NCBI GenBank assembly: GCA_964016885.1
Contig: OZ024743.1
Coordinates: 59,272,001-59,336,000 of the forward strand
Direction of reading: 5' to 3'
From: Eledone cirrhosa
Taxonomy: Eukaryota
Length of the DNA stretch: 64,000 nt
Shown here: positions 1 through 11,662 of the stretch, one piece after another
Layout: each line of letters starts with the position of its first letter
Numbering within the stretch: position 1 is the stretch's first letter
Made by a program: the position numbers and the translations under genes
The notes under the pieces: model-generated
The model's database searches: none
The model's input: only the letters and a program-made list of their open reading frames with translations
What the model was told of the DNA's origin: nothing

Positions 1-100
1 ATGTACGTAGACCCCCCTCACCCCATACACATGTACACACGTACCCATATATACACGCACAGATACAAACTCGCTCGTAAACACGCATATATATATATAT

Positions 101-357
<257 letters not shown>

Positions 358-375
<18 letters not shown>

Positions 376-912
376 GATACAACCCAACGCAGGAAGTTAA
401 TGAGTGGCGGAGGAGAGACCACCGTGTCGGAAGAACATCACCCAGAGAATCAGGAGAGGGCTGTGGCAGATCAAGTGCCAGGCATCCGAAACGAACAATA
501 TAACGATAGAACCTGCAACCGCAGAGCAGGCACACAGTGCCCATTGCAGGGAAGATGCCTAAAGAAGGGCCTGGTATATAAATATGTGGTTAGCACGCAC
601 AATATAAAGTGCACCTACACCGGCGTAACATCCACGATCTTCAAATTGTGGATGTATAACCTCACGAATTATTTCAGGAACTGGAGCAAGAGGCACTCTA
701 CTAGGCTGGTGGACCTAGTGTGGGACTTGAAAGACAAAAGCACCCCGTATGCCCTTAATTGGAGTATCGTTCGGCACGCGAGTGCTTATTTAGCTGGAAA
801 TGGAAAGTGAAGCCTATGCCTATCCGAAGCCATGGAGATATTCAGACTGAAGGATGATGCGGTCAACCTGAAATCAGAAATAATCATGACGTGCAGACAC
901 CAGAGAAGGTGA
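358..912 (+). pseudogene. Penelope-like (Naiad-type) GIY-YIG endonuclease domain remnant
   Basis: TCN..CPLQGRCL..GLVYK..YTGVT..FK..WDLK..WSI..AY; reading through the TGA at 808-810 gives K*SLCLSE..NLKSE..CRH, the Cys/His-rich C-terminus typical of Naiad-like PLE endonucleases. Confidence 0.85.
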
Positions 913-1783
913 ACACTCTCCGCATGGAATCCACCGGGCAGCCCAAGCTAAAAGCAGGTGGCGCAGTGCACGCCGACCAAAGCGGCGAAACGAGTCAAGA
1001 GATGAGACACCATACACCGTTGACCATATATACCCCGTGGGGTAAGCCGAAGTAACCGAGGATGCCCACCCGACTCTGTACGTCACCCTAGGCAAGAACA
1101 TCACCTGAGCCGGAACAGGTTGACCCGGATTCCATTGATATTCAGTCAAATGCCTTACACCAATAGGACACTATACCTCAACCACAGTGACATACTCCAG
1201 TATGGCCGGTCCACGCACCACATTGCCGGTGTATCTTTTCAATAGAGAGTGCACCCCCCCCCCACGTATTCCTTTTTGTAACACCTAACGCATTTTCCGT
1301 ATGCAGATCCACGTGTGTTTATCATACTTATCTTGTGTACTACCTCATATACATACACGTTCCTTCTGTTTTTTATATATATTCTGTACGCATTTTCTGT
1401 GTACGGTCTGAGAATACTATGTACTGTAAGACTATGAACGCCCATTATGTGGCCTTGCGTGAAGATTCCATACGTGGATTGATCCATGGTCGCAACGTAA
1501 CATCTCTGTAGACACACATCTGGGCGCACCCTTTCATGTATAGAACACTGTGTATCTCTATGTGCCGTTATATGTATATTTTTTATATTTTTAATATATA
1601 TCATATTTTTAATATATCTTATATTTTATATTTTTTTAATATATATGTATATGCGTGTATGTAAGTATATGTGTGTATGTATGCATTTGTTATGTGTACA
1701 TGTTTATAACAAGATGCATCCTTTCATGTACGGCCCATTGTGTATCTTTGTATGATGAGTGTGTATATTCTGCGTATATATAT

Positions 1784-1845
<62 letters not shown>

Positions 1846-2169
1846 GTATATATATATATAATATATATATGTATATATATATTAAGACAGGGGGGAAGAA
1901 AAAAATGGCTTCACTTGTGCTTTCAACAAATTTTTTTTTTCACAAAATCCCAAAATAATTTTTTTCCGGATTAGGTTTTTTTATAAATTAAGTTGTTGGT
2001 TGTTGGTTGTTGGTTAGGTCTTAGGAGTTCTTGGTTAACGTAGGAGGTATTGTGTCGTTTTTAGAAAGACCTTTCACGCTGAGGTGCGCTTGTCAAACTG
2101 ATGTGTATGTGATGTGTTGTTCTATATATAGGGATTTAACATGTCTGTGGTGTGGTGGGGGTTTATATA

Positions 2170-2370
2170 TATATATAACGAAAGAAATGTGCCAAGGAAC
2201 CAGATGGACAATAGCGCACCAAAGTACTCAATACTTAGGGTAGTAGAGTGGGTAATAGGAACGAGTAGGACCATGACGGCTGAGCTGAAGCCGTTTCGAC
2301 GGCTAATCTGGAGTCCAGAATTAGCCGCCTAATGGCTTGAGCTCAGCCGTCGAGGTCCTACTCGTTCCTA
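2170..2370. repeat. Short TA-embedded element ending in a ~55-bp-arm palindrome (family also at 6200-6395; fragment 55575-55635; related 36511-36618)
   Basis: taggaacgagtagga...gctgagc..gccgtttcgacggctaat / attagccg..gctcagccgtcg..tcctactcgttccta; TA runs on both sides. Confidence 0.85.
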
Positions 2371-2409
2371 TATATATATATATAGATAGATGTATAATAT
2401 TATTATGTA

Positions 2410-2470
<61 letters not shown>

Positions 2471-3591
2471 GCGTGCGTGGGTCTTTATGGCAATATGCGT
2501 ACATTTGTGGGAGTGTATATGGGCCTGTGTGTGTGTATGTATGTGTGTGCAAGCACCCCTGTATGAAAAGGGCTTGTTTGTGCGTGTATATATATATATG
2601 CGTGTTTACGAGCGAGTCTGTATCTGTGCGTGTATATATGGGTACGTGTGTACATGTGTGTGTGGAGGGTGAAGGGGGGTGGGTCTAAGTAGATGTCTAT
2701 ACGTGTTTGTGTGTACATGTATACATACGTGTATACATGTGTATGAGCATGTGTGGGTGCGTGTTTATGTATATAGGCCTGTGGGCATGTGTCTTTGTAT
2801 ATACGTGCCTCTCGGGATGCGTATGTTTATATGTTTATGTGTTCTCCTTAATGTGTGGGTATAGCGGAGGTCTATGCGTACGACTGTTGGTATCTATGTA
2901 GCTGTGTGTGTGAGTCCGCGTGTGGATGTGTGGACTACCAAACACAGTAGTAATTCATTGAAGCGTAGCAGACATGCGACAGCGAAATAATACCTGTGGT
3001 CAGTATTTAAGATGACGTAGGCAACCAGCGGGCAATCACTGGACGCGCGAAGAGGAGGAAGTATTTGACAGTAGTGGCACACAGGGTTAGATACCCCAGT
3101 GGAAGAATATGCTCAGAAATCATTTGACGTGTCAGTCGAACCTGCGGCTCCAGTATCAGACAGATCCACAAAATGACCGCGTCTCTAGCTGTCCGCCGGC
3201 GAAACAATTGTAACATAGAGTACTCAACCGGCATACCGCCTATGGAACAATATTAGCTACCATCCGACACACACACACGTTTTGTAAACTAACTTTTGGT
3301 GAATACTATGTTGGCATTTCTTCTTCAACCTCGCGCCGGTGTGTGTGAATGTGTGTGTACTAACTCACACTAACTGTGATCGACTGTAATTCTAAATATT
3401 TGATGTTGAGATTAGACCCGTCCGGAGTCTTTTCCAGCTATTGATAGATAGAGACTTGATAGTTTTATGACCCTAAATGAGAACGATAACAGTCGGCGTG
3501 TTTTGGCTGCTTAATCTTCATATGGCGGACAAAACTCTAGTAAGTGAACATCGTTACATTTTCTCCCTCATATCAAGGATTTGAAGACAAT

Positions 3592-3680
3592 TCATTTTCA
3601 CCTGACGAGGTCATTGATAATCGATCATGGCCGCAGGATCGATATATCTCTTATTGAAACATGTGTCGTGATTAAAATGA
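3592..3680 (+). ncRNA. Type-I hammerhead ribozyme in pLTR (second copy 5491-5586 has broken core CUGAUCA)
   Basis: cattttcac-CTGACGA-stem II (atcgatc/gatcgat)-GAAA-c atgt g-TC-gtgattaaaatg; palindromic ACATGT stem III typical of dimeric PLE HHRs. Confidence 0.8.
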
Positions 3681-3908
3681 TTGGAAATGTATACCATGCC
3701 TTCGTATCTTTATTTTGATACAATTACTCCGTTTTACATCATCTACCAGTTCCCATAAATGGAATTGGAGATATACAAAAGCGTGGATAACTTAATATTG
3801 CTAACAAAAGTTTATTGGAACGAATGATACAACCAATAATACACCTTACTATATAACAACTTAAGGCTCCTAATTCTGTTGAGCACTTAATGCTGTTAAG
3901 CAAGGAAT

Positions 3909-5340
3909 ATGATGGAGAAATTCTCGGTGAACTCTTTGCTTAAGGACATCCCTATGCCTAGCATAAAATAATTCACAAGTTTGGCGATAGGTAAATCGGA
4001 CTCCTTTGTCCGTAGAATGCGTTGGAAGGCCTTCCACTTCGATAGAGGAACAACAACAAACCACCCCAGGGAGGGAACGCGCGGCATCGAGGTAAAATTC
4101 AAATCCAGAAGAAACCCACCGTACAATAAGTACCTGGATGAATACGAAAATGAAATGGCTAACTTAGTGTCCAACCTTAAGTTTAGGAAAAACCCACTCA
4201 GGGGAAAAAGCTACTTAAGACGACTGAACGGTGATCTAGGTAAACTAAAGAACTGAATCGGCATTCTGGTGCACGCAGATTAAACTAGCAACCTGTACGA
4301 TATGGATAGAGTAACCTATAATGACTTGATAATCATATAAATTAGAAAGAGCTACGGGAAAACTACACAGGCCAAACTGGATTTAATCAACACGGAGGCC
4401 AATAGCGTCATAACTAAATTGGGTATTGAAGATAAAACTGAGCCCTCCATCCTAGAATTCCTAGGATTTTATTGAAAGACCACAAATTAAACTTCGAATC
4501 ATCAAGACCTGTCAGGCAGATAGCCCTTCGAAGGCGGACATAGGAATCGTGAGTAAAAACATCCTTGATAAAATAATCCCCACTCTAGTTAGGAGATCGA
4601 AGCTTAAAATGTGGTCAGTAACTAGTGAGGTAATTAACTGGTTCGAGAAATCGCAGAATAAGAATAGCACTAAGTTTATACAGTTCGATATCTCTAACTA
4701 CTACTCTTCGATCTCTCCAACGCTTCTAGGTAAGGCCCTAAACGTTTCTAGCTTACACACCAACCTTACATCTGAAGAAATTAACATTATTCTCCTAGCT
4801 AGGAAAATCTTAATTGAGTTCAACGGTGACTTGTTGACTAGGAGGGATTGGCCGGACAATTTCAATATCACCATGGGTTCCACAGACTCGGCCCAGGTGA
4901 CGGATCTGGTGGGCCTCTACTTCCTCGACTGTCTCGGAGTGGATATGCCCCACTTGGGAGGTGGCGCTTACCGTGACGATGTTTTGTTTACTGTGTCGTT
5001 CCATAATAATAGTATGGTAGAGAGGGTGAGGAAAAAACTAAGCAAATTCTTCAAAAACATAGACTTAAGTATAGTGTTTGAAGAAAACCTGAATATAGTT
5101 AATTTTCTAGATGTTACACTTAACCTCAATTCAGGACTCTTCCAACCCTACCACAAACCCAACGAGAATTTAAATTATGTCAACGCAAAATCGAACCACC
5201 CTAGAATAGTCACTAACTATATTACCAAAAGCGTCACTAGTAGAATTTCATGACTATCTTCCAATGAAGATACTTTTAATAGGATCTCGAATTACTATAA
5301 TAGCGCCCTGGAACGCGCGGGGCATAGCGAGAGAATCTCA
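3909..5340 (+). pseudogene. PLE reverse transcriptase with stops/frameshifts
   Basis: KDIPMP..RRMRWKAFHF..KFKS..PP..AD*TSNLY N-terminus; FIQFDISNYYSSI, ITMGSTDSAQVTDLVGL, YRDD, VNFLDVTLNL..PYHKPN..YVNAKSNHP. Confidence 0.93.
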
Positions 5341-5950
5341 TTGAAACGTCCATTAAATAGTAGTAGCAACATTTCCTGAGGACGATAGCAGCCGGCCTGT
5401 TTTGGCTGCTTAATCTTCATATGGGGGACAAAACTCTAGTGAGTGAACATCGTTACAATTTCTCCCTCATATCAAGGATTTGAAGACAATTCATTTTCAT
5501 CTGATCAGATCAGTAATCAGTAATAATCGATCATGGTCGCACGATCGATCTATCTCTTATTGAAACATGTGTCGTGATTAAAATGATTGGAAATATTACC
5601 ATGCCTTCGGATCTCTATTTTGATACAAATATTCCATTTTACATCATCTAGCTGTTCCCATATATGGAATTGAATTATATACAAAAGCGTGGAGAACTTA
5701 ATATTGCTAACAAAAGTTTATTGGACGGTATGACACAACCAATAATACACCTTGCTATATAACAACTATATATATATGTATGTATATATATATATATATA
5801 TACATATATATATTAGAAAGTGAGGTTTTTTTTACAAAATGAAAAATAACCGAGGTGTCCTACACGAGTGAAAGTATAAAGAAAAAGAGATGAAATCGAA
5901 AATGCAACTGAAGTCTTATTTTTTTTTTAAATATATATATTTATTTGGTT

Positions 5951-5988
5951 CCTTTACCGGTTTCGCAGTTTTTCTGCTTTTCAAAAGG
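5951..5988 (-). ncRNA. Minimal type-I HHR, U3-A8 core variant (homolog 57020-57057)
   Basis: Reverse strand: cctt-TTGAAAA-gcag aaaaa ctgc-GAAA-ccgg-TA-aagg; all three stems pair. Confidence 0.75.
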
Positions 5989-6019
5989 TGAGTTGAGATG
6001 GAGGGTCTGTGGTTTTTCT

Positions 6020-6060
<41 letters not shown>

Positions 6061-6063
6061 ATA

Positions 6064-6143
<80 letters not shown>

Positions 6144-6283
6144 TATATATACACACACACACATATATATATATATACACACACATATATATATATATAT
6201 ATATAACGAAGGAAATGTGGTAAGGAACCAGGTGGACCATAACGCACCAAAGTACTCAATACTTGAGGTAGTAGAGTGGGTAA

Positions 6284-6573
<290 letters not shown>

Positions 6574-6751
6574 TATAGATATAGATAGGTAAATATACAC
6601 GGGTGTGTATGATTGTGTATAGAAGATTATATTAATAAGAGGAATTCCAACTTTGTCTGATTTACTCGTTTTATTTACAATCCTTTAAAATATATATAAT
6701 ATGGTATTATAATGAAATAGTATGATAGAATATTAAATTCTAAGTGTTAAT

Positions 6752-6790
6752 TGAACAAGTACTCTCATGCTTTCGCAATCTTCAGGTTCA
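6752..6790 (-). ncRNA. Possible HHR with stem II reduced to 4 nt
   Basis: tgaac-CTGAAGA-ttgc-GAAA-gcatgagagtac-TT-gttca; lies inside a 19-bp inverted repeat (6634-6652/6805-6823). Confidence 0.55.
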
Positions 6791-6958
6791 TGATATGTGG
6801 TGACAGTTGGAATTCCTCTTATTGTCCAACCGCTATAGAATATTTACCCAACATTTCAACAGCACATGGGAATTAATTAAATATACGGTCAACCATACAT
6901 AATTAGGTAAAATTAAAGTTAGAAATGCTTATGTACATACCAGGATTAAATCACTAAA

Positions 6959-7034
6959 TCCCGACCCATGTGTTTCGCTCACTTTTGAGATACCTTATTA
7001 AGGATGAATCTCGAGTTTAGAGCTCTTCAGGGAA
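6959..7034 (-). ncRNA. Type-I HHR, canonical core, extended stem II
   Basis: ttcc-CTGAAGA-gctc...gagc-GAAA-c acatgg g-TC-ggga. Confidence 0.8.
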
Positions 7035-7099
7035 CAAACTCGCTAGGACAGATATTTTCCGAAGTGGCCCCCGCTGAAATTCGTTTTTTTGAATTCATA

Positions 7100-7310
7100 T
7101 GATTCCGGTTCCTCAGTGAAATAACAACCCAGCCAGGAACTGGGCATATCAGAGTATTGACAAAGTTATACACCTCAACAACATATGTACTTGTCTATAC
7201 CACACTAATTCAACTGCCTAAAAGAGGTCACAGCCAAAGATGGCTGTCATCGAAATATATATATAGCAGTAATAAACGAAGTTAAATTTTAAACATTTGA
7301 ATTATTTATT
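7100..7310 (+). repeat. pLTR-like repeat with decayed HHR (7213-7270); intact inverted homolog at ~38985-39200
   Basis: actgc-CTAAAAGA-ggtcacagccaaagatggctgtcatc-GAAA-tatatata-TA-gcagt; surrounding ~200 bp match 38985-39200 in reverse. Confidence 0.75.
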
Positions 7311-8819
7311 TTATTTTATTTTACATTACTCCGGAGAAACCAAACGAACCTGCGCACTTCGCCGAGTACTCCAATCTGCATACTGAGGTGTTGGTATACA
7401 ACCAACATATATTTAAAAAAATATATATATATATGTATATATATATTGTTATACTTTGGGAGGGTCATGTTGCCAATAAGAAACACACGCACCACATGTT
7501 AACTTCAATTTATTATAATAAATTTATAAATTTAGGAATTTATAAATTTATAAATTTCTGGTTGGTTGGTTGGTTCCACAACCAGATAGTTGTTTATATA
7601 TTGTCAAAGTTCTTTCGTCACACATTATGTGACCTCATCAGTGACTGGGGATTCTTTTCTTTGTTTTTGTGCATCTCCTTTGTTCTGTCCTACGCCATTT
7701 TGTTTCTGTGTGTGTGTTGTGTGCTCAGTCTGCGCATGCGCCACATCCGGGTGTCTGTGTGTGTTTATATGTGTTTATTTATTTGTTTATTTACATGTTA
7801 CTGGTTGGTTCTTTGTTCTATGTGTGTGTTTGTTTTCATTTTGTCATTAATTGTAAGTTGTGATGTTGCGGTTCCACTCATATTTTCTATTTCATTTTGA
7901 TTGTAATTCTTTTATGTTTATTGCCTCTGTGATATGTCTAAACATTGCGTCTTTTCTGTGTGTGGATTCTGTTTTTATTTCTATGTTCTCTAATTTACCC
8001 TTATGTTCTATTTTAGCATGTTGGTAGAGTACAGATGATTATTTACTATCTTGAAGGTATCGCCAGTGTTCATTTATCCGTTCCCCTACACTACGGGCTG
8101 TCTCACATATGTACACTATATTTTTGTCTCTACATTGTCCTTCAGTACATCTTATGCTATACACTAAATTTCTAGTTTTACAGTTAATATGGTGGCTGAT
8201 TTTACAGGTTATACATTTCTTATCTATACAGGGGGGGTCTTTGAAAAGGGTATGTCTTGCTAATAAGTGTTTTTACGGAGGTACCTGGTCTTTCTACTAT
8301 CTTAATATTGAGTTTATGTTTATCTAGGGCCCTTCTAAATTTGTAAGCTAATTCACCTCTAGGGGTTGTATCGATGAATATTACACTCTGGTATTTATTG
8401 CTATCATACCATGAGTTTATTCTATTAGCCTTATTCCTAGTTCTTTCTATTCTATTCCAAACGTTGCTCCTATACAAGGGGCAGGTCCCATTTGTGTCAT
8501 TATTTACCATTTTTTCCCATTTGGTTCTGGCTCCGCTATACACTCTGATTTTATCTCTCTGATTGTAACCAGAGAACTGCATACGGTGGATGAAGTGTTG
8601 TATGTGTCTCTCTAGTTCTTCGGGGTTGCACATGCGGGACACGTTTCTCATCACTCGTACCAAATCCGCAATCAGTATGTTGATTTTGGTATGGTTTTTG
8701 AATATATGTTCCTTAAGGGTTAGTTTTATACTGGCCCCTACCGCATCTGCAATCATTTTCTTCAGTTCATCGTGGTTTTCGGGTATCCGCATCGCTCTGC
8801 TCCACCCGTTCCATCTATC

Positions 8820-9845
8820 TGTGTGGGTTTTCTTGGAAAGCATCCAGCAAATAGCTAACTCCATCCGCCAGAGTATTAGAGTTACTATAGACTACCCAAG
8901 TAAACACCCCAACCATCGATTACCTGTACTAGACACAGAGCTCTGGTTAGATACCATTAATAACAAAAAACAAATCCTCCATTCCCATTATGCCAAACCC
9001 ATGACTTCCAAACATCTGATCCACCGAAACTCGGCCGTTTCGGACCATACCAAAATCAACATACTGATTGCGGATTTGGTACGGGTAATGAAAAACGTGT
9101 CCCGCATGTGCAACCCCGAAGAACTAGAGAGACACATACAACACTTCATCCACCGTATGCAGTTCTCCGGTTACAATCAGAGAGATAAAATCAGAGTGTA
9201 TAGCGGAGCCAGAACCAAATGGGAAAAAATGGTAAATAATGACACAAATGGGACCTTCCCCTTGTATAGGAGCAACGTTTGGAAAAGAATAGAAAGAACT
9301 AGGAATAAGGCTAATAGAATAAACTCATGGTATGATAGCAATAAATACCAGAGTGTAATGTTCATCGATACAATCCCTAAAGGTGAATTAGTTTACAAAT
9401 TTAGAAGGGCCCTAGATAAAAATAAACTCAATATTGAGATACTAGAAAGACCAGGTACCTCCGTAAAAACACTTATTAGCAAGACATACCCTTTTCAAAG
9501 ACCCCCCTGTATAGATAAGAAATGTATAACCTGTAAAATAAGCCACCATATTAACTGTAAAACTAGAAATGTAGTGTATAGCATAAGATGTACTGAGGAC
9601 AATGTAGAGACAAAAATATAGTGTACATAGGTGAGACAGCCCGTAGTGTAGGGGAACGGATAAATGAACACTGGCGATACCTTCAAGATAGTAAAGAATC
9701 ATCTGTACTCTACCAACATGCTAAAATAGAACATAAGGGTAAATTAGAGAACATAGAAATAAAAATAGAATCCATACACAGAAAAGACGCAATGTTTAAA
9801 CAAATCACAGAGGCAATAAACATAAAAGAATTACAACCAAAATGA
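8820..9845 (+). pseudogene. PLE RT thumb + Cys linker + GIY-YIG endonuclease (frameshift ~9620)
   Basis: LPVLDTEL..HYAKPM..RMQFSGY..PCIDKKCITC..NCKTRNVVYSIRC; YIGETARSVGERINEH..LYQH..EH..QITEA. Confidence 0.92.
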
Positions 9846-10091
9846 AATAGAAAATATGAGTGGAACAGCAACATCACAACTTACAATTAATGACAAAATG
9901 AAAACACACAAACAAATAGAACAAAGAACCAATCGGTAACATGTAAATAAACAAATACATAAACAAATATAAACACACACAGACACCCGGATGTGGCGCA
10001 TGCGCATACTGAGCACACAACACACACACAGAAACAAAATGGCGTAGGACAGAACAAAGGAGAGGCACAAAAACAAAGAAAAAAATCCTCA

Positions 10092-10134
10092 GTCACTGAT
10101 GAGGTCACATAATGTGTGACGAAAGAACTTTGAC
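10092..10134 (+). ncRNA. Minimal HHR of this PLE pLTR family (copies 7603-7645 minus, 11481-11523, 31929-31973, 40792-40836)
   Basis: gtca-CTGATGA-ggtcaca taatg tgtgac-GAAA-gaac-TT-tgac; subfamily copies read agtca-CTGAAGA..GAAA-ggac-TA-tgact. Confidence 0.85.
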
Positions 10135-10344
10135 AATATATAAACAACTATCTGGTTGTGGAACCAACCAACCAACCAGAAATTTATAAATTTATAAATT
10201 CCTAAATTTATAAATTTATATATCAGTTTCAACACACGATTTCAGATAAAGAATCTTGCTAAACAAATTCAGAAACGAAATATATATATATAAACATATA
10301 TATAAGTATTTATATATAAATATATATATATATATATAAATATA

Positions 10345-11037
10345 TATATAAATGTATATATAGTGTATTTTGCAATACACTGTATGCTTAATTAAAAGCA
10401 TTTCGAAGTAATTTCTAGTAATTATGAGGAACTGATTATACAGAGCGGTTGCCGGTCAATCAGAAATTGAAAATTAGAATTGGCGCCCTGAAATAGCGAT
10501 ATATATATGAATGTATATATAGTGTATTTAGCAATACACTGTATCCTTAATTAAAAGCATTTCGAAGATTTTACGCTATTGTTTTAGAGTAGTGACAGTC
10601 TCACTTACTTTAAATTTTCAGCAAACAGGGGAGATAAATTTGACAGAGCTATGTTTCGTACTGATTGGTACTTATCAAACCAAGTACTCCACCTGTACGC
10701 TGAAAATCATGAATGTTTGATTCTTATAGAATTTCTAGTAATAATCAGGAACTGATTATAAAGAGCGGTTGCCGGTCAAGCAGAAATTGAAAATTAGAAT
10801 TGGCGCTCTGAAATAGCGATATATATATAAATGTATATATAATGTATTTTGCAATACACTATATGCCTAATTAAAAGCATTTCGAAGACCTTATGCTATT
10901 GTTTTAAAGTAGTGACAGTCTCACTTACTTTAAATTTTCAGCAAACAGGGGGAGATACAGCTGACAGAGCTATGTTTCGTACTGATTGGTACTTATCAAA
11001 GCCAAGTACTCCACCTGTTCGCTGAAAATCATGAATG
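10345..11037 (-). repeat. ~320-bp tandem pLTR/retrozyme-like repeats (about 2.3 units) with U3-A8 HHRs at 10639-10681 and 10959-11003
   Basis: Reverse: ggct-TTGATAA-gtac caatca gtac-GAAA-ca tagctc tg-TC-agct; HHR spacing 321 bp; related to 18787-19350. Confidence 0.8.
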
Positions 11038-11662
11038 TAGGGGAACGGATAAATGAACACTGGCGATACCTTCAAGATAGTAAAGAATCATCTGTACTCT
11101 ACCAACATGCTAAAATAGAACATAAGGGTAAATTAGAGAACATAGAAATAAAAATAGAATCCACACACAGAAAATACACAATGTTTAAACAAATCACAGA
11201 GGCAATAAACATAAAAGAATTACAACCAAAATGAAATAGAAAATATGAGTGGAACAGCAACATCACAACTTACAATTAATGACAAAATGAAAACACACAC
11301 ACACATAGAACAAACAACCAATCGGTAACATGTAAATAAACAATTACATAAACAAATATAAACACACACAGACACCTGGATGTGGCGCATGCGCAGACTG
11401 AGCACACAACACACACACAGAAACAAAATGGCGTAGGACAGAACAAAGGAGAGGCACAAAAACAAAGAAAAGAATCCCCAGTCACTGATGAGGTCACACA
11501 ATGTGTGACGAAAGAACTTTGACAATATATAAACAACTATCTGGTTGTGGAACCAACCAACCAACCAGAAATTTATAAATTTATAAATTCCTAAATTTAT
11601 AAATTTATTATAATAAATTGAAGTGAAACAACTGGTGCGTGTGTTTCTTATTGGCAACATGA
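11037..11662 (+). mobile_element. 3' fragment (EN end + pLTR) of the same PLE family as 8820-10280
   Basis: VGERINEHWRYLQDSKESS..ELQPK followed by the pLTR with HHR. Confidence 0.9.

Larger units (their letters stand above)
3481..5767 (+). mobile_element. Naiad-type Penelope-like retroelement: pLTR - degenerate RT ORF - pLTR (EN deleted)
   Basis: ~380-bp direct repeats 3481-3860 and 5380-5767 flank a broken RT ORF; each repeat carries an HHR fold; 3' end abuts (TA)n. Confidence 0.9.
7446..10280 (+). mobile_element. 5'-truncated Penelope-like element with ~1.2-kb inverted duplication (7446-8693 mirrors ~9045-10215)
   Basis: Minus and plus ORFs share HTKINILIADLV...KTYPFQRP; both ends in (TA)n; HHR-bearing pLTR on each arm. 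Confidence 0.92.

Noticed and set aside
7388-7900. Hydrophobic 170-aa ORF and its relatives (9831-10147, 11220-11684, 31633-31985, 40536-40769)
   Set aside because: Antisense reading of the T/G-rich pLTR; frames differ between copies
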